A DNA stretch of 64,000 nucleotides from Anthoceros angustus. Its lineage: Eukaryota; Plantae; Anthocerotophyta. Below are positions 47,813-58,873 of the stretch, piece by piece; the stretch's first letter is position 1, and every line of letters starts with the position of its first letter. The stretch is taken from the NCBI GenBank assembly GCA_010909165.1, contig MU008175.1, positions 62,001-126,000 of the forward strand. The letters run 5' to 3'. Below the pieces are notes generated by a model. That model was given only the letters and a program-made list of their open reading frames with translations, was not told the origin of the DNA and made no database searches. The position numbers and the translations under genes were made by a program.

Positions 47813-50800
47813 TGCTATAAAGCACAGCTTGACAGGAGGGATGGGGGACGGTGGGGGAGACGGGGAAGTAGGTGGGTGCTGGGGTGGAGGTCGTGGGGTG
47901 TGGTGGCTGGGGACGAATGCCAAGGTGTTTGCGGAGGGGGGTTTCGGGAGAAAGCAGTTTTGTAACTTTGCAAGCAGCAGCCTTTGTGTTCTGCTTTTGC
48001 TGAGTGCATCACGCCATCATGAAGGTGAGACCTTGTATCAGTTACACTTGGAGTGGTTACTGGTGAATATTTGGGCTTTGGAGGAGTATCTTTTGTCTGC
48101 AGCTGAGGAGGAGGTTGCTGCAGCTGTACAGCGTCTGGATTAGGAGGTTTGTGGAGCTTGCTGAATTGTGCCTAGCAAGAGACGAGAAGCCTTTCAGCTT
48201 GTGGAAGGCTCCAAGCTATGGATGGCGGGGTTGGACAGTCCACACTTTTCGGCAACTCTTGCTGGTTAGCAAGGGAAGAGGCTTGCGGAGTCCTTTGTGA
48301 TGTATGTAATTATACACTGTCGTTACTAGGAGTGCTCCCGGATCTGCTGTGAAGATATGGACTGGGTCAGGGGCAGAAGGTGGGTAGCAGATCATGTGAA
48401 GGAATTGGTTTTCTCTGTCTCTGCGATTCTTCGTAGTCTTCAGGTACATACATTCTAGCGGAGGATTTTTTGACTTCCATAGACAGCCTGAATGTGGGCC
48501 ACTTTGTTGTACTATACTTCTGATGGTTAGAAGCAGGCGTACACGACAGTTTGGGGAGCAGGTTCGACGGCCTTCAGGGCAGAATCTCTTTTCACATATG
48601 ACAGTTTGTAGTGTAGCCAACGTTTTCTAGTGCAGGTCAATAATCGTTGGAGGTTGGACTCTTTAGTGAGGGTTACTGTGCATCTGAGGATAACTGGTGG
48701 CAAGTGTGTGCTTGCCTTGTAAATGTCTGTACATGTATTGTTCAGTGTAGAAGCTGCAAGGTTCGATAGATGTGGGCAGGTGTCAGGCACGCCTCAGGGA
48801 GGCGAGTTTGATGAATGCCTGGAAGATGGGCAAGTCAAGAACTCTGGCTCTTCAGTTTCAACTGGGTGATGATAACCCAAGGGACTCAGGTGTCTGGTGT
48901 TAGCACACCTCCACCAGCAGAAGGATAGTGGTGTACTTCTCTTTTTTTTTTTTTTTAGTGTTAGGTAGGAAGCTTTAAAGAGCAGGTAAGGTGCAGGCAA
49001 CGACTGGCACACTGCAGGCAAGGGGTGGTTGAGCATGGCCTCATCATGCAGTGACCAATTCAACTGAAAGTTCTGCAGTGGTGGAGATAAAAGTGGAGTT
49101 GACGGGTGATGTGTACTGTGTTCTTAAACTGGATCTGGGAACTTGCTGAGGTTGGAGGAGTCCCATGGTTAGAAGGCGTGCAGGAGTGGGGGATGTGCAG
49201 GAAGGTTGCCAGGGTGCTTTTTTTAATCCTGGCAATCTTTGGGATTCTTAGGATTCAGTGATGATGGAAACGTACAACAGAAGTAATTTGGGTGGCAGAT
49301 ATTTCCCGGAAGGACTTCAGTTAGACATGCTAGTTAGTGACATCGCAGGTTCAAGCAACTTTAGTGGGACTTGTGTGAGATTTCGCGGGAGGCTATAAGC
49401 AGATTAGTTGGTGGCATAGTGGCATCAGGTTACTCTTTGAGCCAGGTTATCTTCTAAGCGTGCGAAGGCAAGGATTGTCAGGGGAAGTACTGGCTGGCAA
49501 ATCATCCGCTGACAGGAAAATGACTGGTTTTTCGGTAGCGGAAGCAACAGATGAATGCGGATCATTCGGTGAAATATTTTGTGTCCACCTGCACGCAGAT
49601 GATGTGAAATGTCTGTGATGCAGACTTGAGTGGACTTTCCTGTGTGTGTGGAATTGAGTACTTCAGCACATTGAAGAAAGAAGGCAGAGTACACGGTCGG
49701 TTTCTGATGGCGGTTCTGGTTGCTTTAGGATGTATTTTGCAGCTGGAGATCGTACCCCATCAGTTTGTCCATGAACGGATGGCTGGTTTGCAGGTTATGT
49801 TCTTGGCTGCCTGTCCGTTTTTATGGTGAATGGCCATCAGTATGCAATTCGTTGTGACACTTTGATCTAAATTGTTCGATTTTTGTTGTCGTTTTGCAGT
49901 CATCTTAGCCCACATGGAGTGACCGGCATGGATGTAAGGTGGTAGGTTCTTCCGCCCCCTGCGCGTTCCCTCTTGTCTCTCCACACGCCAGGTCTTCCTG
50001 GAGTTGTGGGTTGGCATTACCCTGCTGTGCAGCGAAAGCTACCAAGCAGATTCGCTGTGAGGCAGGTGGTTGTGCAAAGGACCAGATCTCTCAATTGTTA
50101 AAATCAAGTTGTCCACACTTTCCTGGTCTGGAAACAGAGCTTTGAAGACTTGTGTGTAGGAAGGAGTTACAGTAGTAGCACTCGTGACCGTGACTATGGG
50201 AAGATAGTTGTAGTGTAGACGCGCTTTGGACGTTATATCTGGTCATGACTTGCTCAGGAAATAGATTTTTGCTTTTGTCTCAGCGGTAAATGCTAAATTC
50301 ATACCGGCAAACAGCGTATTGCAAAGAGCGGACATCTTAAAACAATGTTAATCAATACGAAGAAAACGAGGCAATGGCCTTCGTGCCTCCTCGTCTTTCT
50401 GTGCCGTATCTTCTTAACTTTTAGACAAAGTCGATTAAATCCCCGTGACAGAACCTGAGTCTGAACATGAATGACTTTTTTTTAACCGTAGCAGTAATAA
50501 AAATAGATTAAAATAGTTTTTTTAATTCAGGTTAACATTTACTTTTATTTTGCACGAATTTTAACATCAATTCAATTTTCAAGCCAAAATCGGTAAAAAG
50601 TGAAGTTTTGGTTCGAGCCTGTGATTTGTCGGAATCGTAGTTTGCATATGCCACGTACGCAATTATAGTTTAGTACATGAACATGTGTCTCGGGCAAAAT
50701 TGGTATGGTTCAATTTTAGTTGCGCCCAAAACTTGAGCCCAAGCACACCCCAACCATGAGTCCGTTCGTTCATTGTTTCACCTGAGTATGCACTACAATC

Positions 50801-52117
50801 TGCCGTGGATGATATTGCAGGGTTTCAAAGCCTCCCGAGTCACTTTGCACACAATGACAGGGTCTACATCATAGAGATCCTTAGCCAAGAGCCATCGGAA
50901 CACACACTTAGAATGGTTGAGGAAATGTATTGGGATAGCATCCCACTCTATAACCTTATGTTTTTTATGGCACGACTTTGAGACATGGCGATGGAGGTGG
51001 CGTTGGAGTTTCTTAAACGCTAGGAAGCTGTGCATCCCTTTTGTGACATGTAAGATCTCAACATTTATTCCTATATGATTGCATTCTCCACATTATGTGG
51101 ATACATACAAGAGATGTGTTGTTTGATGAGGCGGAGGCAACTAATTAGACATATGTTTAAATTCTTTTGGAAGCACAGGAGGGTCAATTTGTGTCACGCA
51201 CACTTAGCCTATTTTGTGATAAGTTTAGTGGTATTGAGAAATGATTATACTTGAAACAACATGTGTGGTAAGCCAAAGAGCTTGTAGAGTAATCTTGCTG
51301 TCCAGCTATATTTTACGGCCTAGAATCTTGCTATCTATCTAATTTTTATAGGCTTTGATGGGATTTTTATGAACATAAAGCTTATGTTGGAAAGGTATAT
51401 ATGTTTTTTAAAAGCTTATATAGTAGAAGGTATGCTGATTCTAAATGTGTGGGAGTTGATGATATCGTTGCCGGGGATAATAGGCTGATGTCATGCCGTG
51501 TGATACTAATCTCTGCACTTGGGTTTAGTGTTTGATTAGCATTAATTAATCCAATTACTTATCTCTAAGTAAGTAATTAGTGTTAATTAATCTAAGGTTC
51601 TTATGTTAATTAAGCATTGATTAGTGTTAATTAATCTAATGTGCTTATGTTAATTAAGAATTGATTAGTGTTAATTAAACATGGTTAGCAATAGCTAAGT
51701 GGATAAGCTCAATATGCTTTGGCATATTCCTTGCATATTATAGTGTATTCTTAGGATACAATAGCTAAGTGGATAAGCTCAAGTAATATGCTTGGCATAT
51801 TCCTTGCATATTATAGTGTATTCTTAGGATATTCCTGATAATGTCATGATAGGATATCTTAGGAATATGCGATGCAGTCTAGTATATATAGACCCTTCCA
51901 TTGAGACAAGCTCGGATCATACTGTCCTCTGACAATAGGCGTGGCCAATGAGAGATGCGTGAGGAATTGCGTGTTGTTCTCGTGGGGAGAGTGTGTTTGT
52001 GCCACGATGCGAGCTACTCCTCCTGTTGTTATTGGTTGCACTTATATATCTGCGTATTAGATTTGTTTGCTTGGTTGTTGGTCGGGAAGTGCTTATATGA
52101 ATTGCCGCCACAAATGC

Positions 52118-52243
52118 GATGACTTCTAAGAGCTCCTATCAACGGAGTTGTTTGGCACTTTGATGTCCACTCATCATATCCTGGGGTTGAAGAAGGTCCA
52201 AAGGGTTCGGTTGTTCGCTGATGAAAGTGGTACGTGAGTTGGG
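52118..52243 (+). rRNA. rrn26: Mitochondrial LSU rRNA (rrn26) fragment, NUMT copy 1
   Basis: GATGACTTCTAAGAGCTCCTATCAACGGAGTTGTTTGGCAC...CCTGGGGTTGAAGAAGGTCCAAAGGGTTCGGTTGTTCG...GAAAGTGGTACGTGAGTTGGG matches plant mitochondrial rrn26 domain V as recalled (GGTTCGGTTGTTCG is mito-type rather than plastid-type). Differences are mostly C>T/G>A. Confidence 0.85.
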
Positions 52244-52633
52244 AACACCTGATAGCATAGTCAATCATTTACTTAGCCTGGAGGTGGACATTGGTACCTT
52301 TGCTCAGTGTGACAAGTGTGCCTCCTACAATGGATGCGGTGGGTCGGAAACAATGTCACAACTTATCATGTGATGAGAATATATAGACCCTTCCATTGAG
52401 ACAAGCTCGGATCATAGCTTGTCCTCAGATATCTCTCTGAGGCGTTGTGAGGCCAAGGAAGCGTGTAATGTGAATTTGCGTGTTGTTCCCGTGGGGAGGT
52501 GTGTTTGTGCCACGTGCGAGCTACTCCTCCTGTTGTTATTGGTTGCACTTATATATCTGCGTATTAGATTTGTTTGCTTGGTTGTTGGTCGAGGAAGTGC
52601 TTATATGAATTCAAGTGCTTACCTCGTGCGACA

Positions 52634-52761
52634 CTGATGACTTCTAAGAGCTCCTATCAACGGAGTTGTTTGGCACTTTGATGTCCACTCATCATATCCT
52701 GGGGTTGAAGAAGGTCCAAAGGGTTCGGTTGTTCGCCGATGAAAGTGGTACGTGAGTTGGG
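52634..52761 (+). rRNA. rrn26: Mitochondrial LSU rRNA (rrn26) fragment, NUMT copy 2
   Basis: Same sequence as copy 1; retains CTGATGAC at the start and TTCGCCGAT. Confidence 0.85.
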
Positions 52762-55478
52762 AACACCTGATAGCATAGTCAATCATTTACTTAGCCTGGA
52801 GGTGGACATTGGTACCTTTGCTCAGTGTGACAAGTGTGCCTCCTACAATGGATGCGGTGGGTCCAGAAACAATGTCACAACTCCTTGCACAGTGATGAGA
52901 AGGGGGTACTTGTAGACATAACATGACGGATGCATTCACTTTTCCAACTGAAAATAGGCTATTGGTGAGCTTAGGTTCATGGATGACATTGCAAGAAATT
53001 CAGGGGTTTTACTTTAAGGGTTTGAATACTTATAACACTTCTACAACCTTTCAAATTCCTCTTGTAAAATTTTTGGTTGTTTTACCATGGAAATAGGCGA
53101 GTAACTTTACGTAACACCTACGTAGATTTACTTGGTGGGGGGAATAGCTGACATGGCATTACTTGACATGGTAAATCGACAGCGATTTTGCAATTGACGT
53201 TGTAAAATAGGTTTGAGATCTTTAGGGAAGATGCTAGTTGTAAACTGGAGGTTTGAGACCTACAGAGAATATGCTAGTTTGAATTTAAACTCGACAGGCT
53301 GTGACTGGCTATCCATGTATTTGGATGAGATGTTGGGTGCCATCTCTAGGCTGACGTATTGGGTGGATGCATAGGGCTGAAGAAAGTCTTAACAACCAAA
53401 AACATTTAACTTACTAACATATCTATGAAAGTCACTTTTGCAAAAGAAAGTCCTAACAACCAAAACTATTTAATATATTAACATATATCATATATTTTTT
53501 TGTAAACCTAGGCCTCACGCCTCACAAGTTCCTTTGAAGTTTTTTTAGAGGTTTTTAACTTCATATGTGCTCTATTTTTGAATCTTCTTTTGGCTAAGTT
53601 GAGCCATAAACATTAGGAATACTTGTCTAAAAATAACATATACTTGAACATGAACAAGATCGAGTCTACAAAATCAAGCAAAAAAGGCAAGTACATATTG
53701 TTGAGGAAAATAATAACCATAAAGTCTATTATGTATATTGGTGATCAAGTTGAAAAGAGGTTGTTGGGAACCAACTAGGAAGTTTCAAGTGAATTGAAAT
53801 ATGTTCTATACTATACCAAGTGCAGAATATCACGTAGTACTTGCGATAATCGCCTTGCGTTGGGCAACTAAAGGACTTGGATGTTTTACCAGTGTTACAT
53901 CAGACAGTTTTATTTGTAGGATTAACCTTGAATGAAGGGCAAATTCTACAAAGCATGACCTCATTGTGACTTTATGAATGTATGTTAGGGACAAACAAGC
54001 CTATGTAAGTTTTTAACCAAGTTGGGGTAAGGCTTTCAATTTCTTTTGTTATTTTATAAATATGGTACCTCACATGGAGATCTTCTACCTAATTTTGGGG
54101 ATAAATTTTTTATCTTTGTACTTTTCCTTAAGAGGGTTCTAGAAACAATGTATGCTTAAATATGCTACCTTATTCTAAGAAGATTTATATTTACTTGTGC
54201 TCGAGTATTCTAAGAAGTTTTATACTGAATTATGCTTTATATAAGGACCTCTCATACAGTTTGCTCTCTTTGTAAAACAATTACTTACCACATATGTTTT
54301 ATTTTTTATAAATACTTATATTAACTTGGAGATGTCCTAAAACTAAAATTTTTAGCCTAGGCTAAATAATAAATTAATAATAATTTTTTAAAAAACAGAA
54401 TTATCATGGTTTGTTTTTTTTCCTTCTTTTTGAACTTTTAGATGTCCAATTATCATGTAAGACTTACTTCTATTGAACAATTTGTGGAAACAACGCGCAT
54501 TGTTCTGTCCAAGAAAACGTTTTTTAGTTCATATATCTACAACACAAAATGTGCGGGAGTGAATGGCTTTACCTACTTTTAGAAAAATGGATAAATTTTT
54601 TGATGATGTATGTGGACTCGTCTTTCCAATATAGAGGAATGACACAAGTTGTTGTATCTCTCATAGCCAGTTTGGTTGAATATCTTTAAAATATGAATTA
54701 TAACTTATAATTCATATACCAATAATAAAATATTATGCACGTGAGTGATGTATTTTGTTTCTAGTGAATTATGAGTAACGTATTTTTGGACGACATGTAG
54801 CTTTCTATAGATAATCTAAACTGATATCATAAAAATGTATTATCTATATTGCGTTCAAAATCATTATAATTGATGTATATTTTAAAGATCTTACTATCAA
54901 AGCAATAAGTTCTTAAGACAAAAATTAAAAATATGTAGATAGTAAAAGACAGAATTCTCATTGTTTGCCTGGTCAAATCAACAAAATGCATTGGAAGAAG
55001 GAGAAGGCTGACATTGTCCTTCCATCGAGATTTGTACGCCTGATGAGAAGTTTGTTTAGGGGCAAACTAGGAAGCCCGACCGCAGCTCGTCTCGCCTCAC
55101 GGCGTTTGAAGGAAATGTGAAATTGTCTTTTTCTGTAAATGCAATTTCCAAAAAACAAGTTAACTGTCCGTTGCCACCCGACAAATCCGGGGCCTAGCCG
55201 GTATGCCACACCGCGGGGACATGAACGGCAGTTATGCGCCACCTTAAGTCTCCCCATGTCACAGGCAGAGCGGGGGTTTTTGCTGGGCGCCCACAGCCAG
55301 CCTCGCAGCCATTCCAGGGCTGGATTCGTCCGCAGAATCCCCGAAAGGACTGAAATTCATGTGCCCACAATCCCGATAATCCGACATCGTCCTCAGGCCT
55401 TGCAATCGTCGAGCAACAATTTCAATTCCTATCCTGAGATCCATCCAATTGATGCACGGCGTGCCGGTGCTGCCGGCG

Positions 55479-56558
55479 ATGAGAATGGGCTCCATTACAG
55501 AAATTCTGCTCTTCTTCACCTTCGCCACGCTGTTGTTGCTAATCGGTCAGGTGGGTCTGGGCAGCTCGGCGGAAATCAGAAGCCCACAATGGAGGCCCGA
55601 GGGCGGCGAGTCCAGCTTCCACAAGGACCAGTCTTTCGAGGATGAATCGAAGTCCGTTGTTGCAGCCTTTTTGAGACGATCCCAACATGTACACGGCGTG
55701 CAGGAGCGGCATGGCGATCCTGCTCGTGAAACTGCGCCGGTGGCTGCCAACCTGATGACATCCAGCAAGGGATCGAGGAAGGCCAAGCCAAGAGAGGAGA
55801 TGGTGGACAAGTTCGCATACTTCGGATACAACGGGCGGTGGAGGTCGCACAGCAACTTGACGTACGCGCTGTCGACGACGGCCGTGACGGCGCTGGTTCC
55901 ACGCAAGGACATCGTGTTCGCCCTGGAGGGCGCGTTCCGGACGTGGGCGGCGGTGGTGCCGCTCACCTTCGCGCTCCTGGACGATATGTACTTCGAGTGG
56001 GCCGACATCAAGGTGAGCTTCCTCACGGGCGACCACGGCGACGGGCAGCCCTTCGACGGCGCCCTGGGCGTGCTCGCCCACTCCTTCGCCCCCGAGGACG
56101 GTCGCCTCCACCTCGACCTCGCCGAGCAGTGGAGCGTCGACGTCTTCTCCCCAGAATGCCTCCTGCTCCAAGACACCATGGACCTACAGTCCGTCCTCCT
56201 CCACGAAGCCGGCCACCTCATCGGCTTGGGCCATTCGGACGACCCCTCCGCCGCCATGTTCGCCGACATCTCCCCCCGCCAGGTACAAAACTCCAGACTC
56301 TGCTACATCCTTTCATCCTTCCATCGATCCAGTCCGGACTCGAGCTCTCAGCTCTGTTTTGCTTTGCAGGTGAAGCACGACCTCAGCACCGACGACATCC
56401 AGGGAGCGCAATCCCTGTACGGCCCTAACCGCGCCTTCCAGGTCCTGCAGGGCGTGATCGCGCCCAGCCCATCTTCCGCCCTCGGCGACGGCCGCCATCG
56501 CCGCCTCTCCCTGCTGCTGCTGCTCCCCGTCTTCCTCTTCGCCGCGCTCTTCTCATAA
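55479..56558 (+). CDS. Matrixin (M10) matrix metalloprotease, 2 exons (55479-56282, 56370-56558), signal peptide and probable GPI/TM tail
   Basis: GDHGDGQPFDGALGVLAHSFAPEDGRLHLD, zinc motif HEAGHLIGLGHS, Met-turn AAMFA, DDIQGAQSLYG. 87-bp GT-AG intron. Hydrophobic N- and C-termini. Confidence 0.93.
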   Translation: MRMGSITEILLFFTFATLLLLIGQVGLGSSAEIRSPQWRPEGGESSFHKDQSFEDESKSVVAAFLRRSQHVHGVQERHGDPARETAPVAANLMTSSKGSRKAKPREEMVDKFAYFGYNGRWRSHSNLTYALSTTAVTALVPRKDIVFALEGAFRTWAAVVPLTFALLDDMYFEWADIKVSFLTGDHGDGQPFDGALGVLAHSFAPEDGRLHLDLAEQWSVDVFSPECLLLQDTMDLQSVLLHEAGHLIGLGHSDDPSAAMFADISPRQVQNSRLCYILSSFHRSSPDSSSQLCFALQVKHDLSTDDIQGAQSLYGPNRAFQVLQGVIAPSPSSALGDGRHRRLSLLLLLPVFLFAALFS

Positions 56559-58873
56559 CCTGACTTAAACCTGCGGTTTAATTATTCTAACCACTCTCCA
56601 TATCAACTAACTACTGAAACAACGTCTCGCACAATGATCTCACCGAAAGGAAACCGTTATCACAACAATTCACGATTCAGAATTCACGAGTCAATATATT
56701 CACGACTCACGAGTTTACGGTGTCGACAGCACTAGCAGCAGAGCCTGGAGGCCGACTTCTATTTTCCAAGGGAAGTATGTTCGGGCACTTACTCTAAACC
56801 ATCTCTTGGGCTGTTTTGATGTAGATGGAAGAAGCATCTCAGATGTTCATTCCGCGTGGGAACAAGGTGCGGACCTGAGGTCCCCGAGTCACCACGGCTG
56901 GATACAAATGGCCCTTTGGATACTTGCAAAGGGCCACAAATGGCCCGGGCAAGTAGCTTATCTAAGTGTTGTAGACTTGATGCCTCATTCAATAGTATGA
57001 ACTTCGAATGTAGGACGAGCAGGTCTGCTCTCCTAAACTGGGAAAAGGCACCAGGATCCCTCATGTAGTCCTGGATCAAACGACCAAAACAGCGTGAGCA
57101 GCAGGTTCACCGGCTCTGTGGACAGTACGAAGCCGTCTAGCGAGAGGAATAGCTGCACACTTTTCTAACATTAGGCAGGAAAGACAGCAGCAGTATGCTC
57201 GCTGCTTACTTTTTCAGTTAAGACAAGCAAGACCTTTTCGTGGCAGCTCCGAGATCTTTGCCTCTAGCAAACTAAAGTCCTGTGCAGGCAGAAGAGAAAG
57301 CTTTGAGCAAAACCATTACCGTGGTGGCAGATATGTAGATACTACAAACAAAACAGGGTTAAACTAACCTTGGATGTGAAGTGATGGTGGTCACTGGACC
57401 TCATGTCCGCAACATGGAGAGCTCCCAACTGCCACCGCAATGCGAGACAAGCCATGAATACGAGAACAGAAAGACAAAAAGGAAAAGGGCAGCAAACCTC
57501 CAGGCCGATAGGGTAATCTAACCTGCTTCACCACCAGTTAGAGGGACTCGGGAAAACCCTAAACCCCAGAAACGCAAAGCACAACTTTGCCCTTCACCTT
57601 GCTCAAGGGCACAGTCAGGCTGCCCCCTACGTGAGGATCAGGCATTGTGCTCAAGTGTAGAGGAGCCATCCGTGAGTGCAAGCAGAGGGCATTGGCCTTC
57701 CCCATCGACCTCAACCTAACCAACCGGGAGGATGGCACCCGCACAACCATGGCCGAGTTGCTACATTTCTCTCACCCAAGCCTTAATCTCAAACATGTCC
57801 AACCTGCTTCAAAAGCTTCTCACCAAGTGTGCATGATGAATGACCACAACATCCGCCCTTCTCACCTCCTCCACAGGTTCTCCGAGGACCTCGGGGCAAC
57901 AACTTGCCATTCCCCCACCCGGTTAGCGCATTCACCATCGTAACCTCAAGGTCCATACCAGCCCCCATTGCTGGACAAGAGACGAAACACCAGTCGAAGG
58001 AGCCCCAGCAGAACCCTAACGTGATTTACAGACAACACCTGATTCACCCAAACCTTACCTGCATACTGTCATCCAAAAATGACCATACCAATTCCGTCCT
58101 TCGCCTCACCAGGCTCCGATCTTCCCATCACGTTCTGTCATCCTGGTCCAGCCAACGATTGTGCGGGAAAGGGAGCATGCAATGCGTCTTCTTGGAGGTA
58201 TGGGCTGCTTTTGGGAGAAGCCTGAAAGACAGGCACGGCACTTCCTTCGTCCGGGAGTCAATAGAAACTCGTCAGTCTGGTGGAGTTTTGCTTGTGCTAA
58301 GCTGCTTCGTAGATTGTTAGTTGTTTCGTAGATCGTTAGCTGTAGATGCTAGGCAGAGAATTTTAGAACACTCATTGTTGGGCTGTCAGGATTCTGACAT
58401 GGCCTTGAAATTTGACTCCTTGGTCACGCATCGATCATGCAAGCATGAAATATACGTGGTGCCTGGTCGCAGGCAGGTACAGATATCGCACGTAACAACC
58501 TCAATTGCGCTCGTCTACCTACTTACGATGTTCAAACAACTGCTGCAATTGAGAGGCCCATGCTATGTGGTAGAAGAATTCAGTACAAGAATTGGGTCAA
58601 AGTCCGCGCCTACTGGTGATAGAAGGAATGGAGTCCACAAAACTCTGAAATGCAGCTCCGAAATCAGGTCGTCCACGTCAGGTTTCACCGTACAGATCAG
58701 TTGCCCGAGTGTCATATTGTTCACCGTGCCCTGGTTGGCTGTCAGATGGCCACGTTAGCTTCAGCCGAGCCTGGCGCTGGACATGACAGTCTCGGACAGT
58801 CAATGAGAGACCATGGCCTAACAAGTGGAAGCAAATGTAACGTGTTGCTACCTCCTGTTGCCGTGGCCGGATG

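Larger units (their letters stand above)
51886..52882. repeat. Tandem duplication of an approximately 495-bp unit, each copy carrying a mitochondrial rRNA fragment
   Basis: Units 51886-52363 and 52381-52882 are near-identical. Preceded by AT-rich tandem subrepeats (51530-51830) and followed by a PPT-like GAGAAGGGGG then TG at about 52896-52912, so possibly an LTR-retroelement 3' region. Confidence 0.85.

Noticed and set aside
47813-50150. Additional gene, or intron-containing 3' UTR (NMD autoregulation), downstream of the PNRC-like gene
   Set aside because: I could not chain exons or recognise any protein motif; no support without RNA data.
50791-50798. CACTA element terminus (CACTACAA)
   Set aside because: No inverted partner, subterminal repeats or 3-bp TSD found.
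55539-56269. Minus-strand ORFs of 210 and 240 aa
   Set aside because: Antisense shadows of the metalloprotease.
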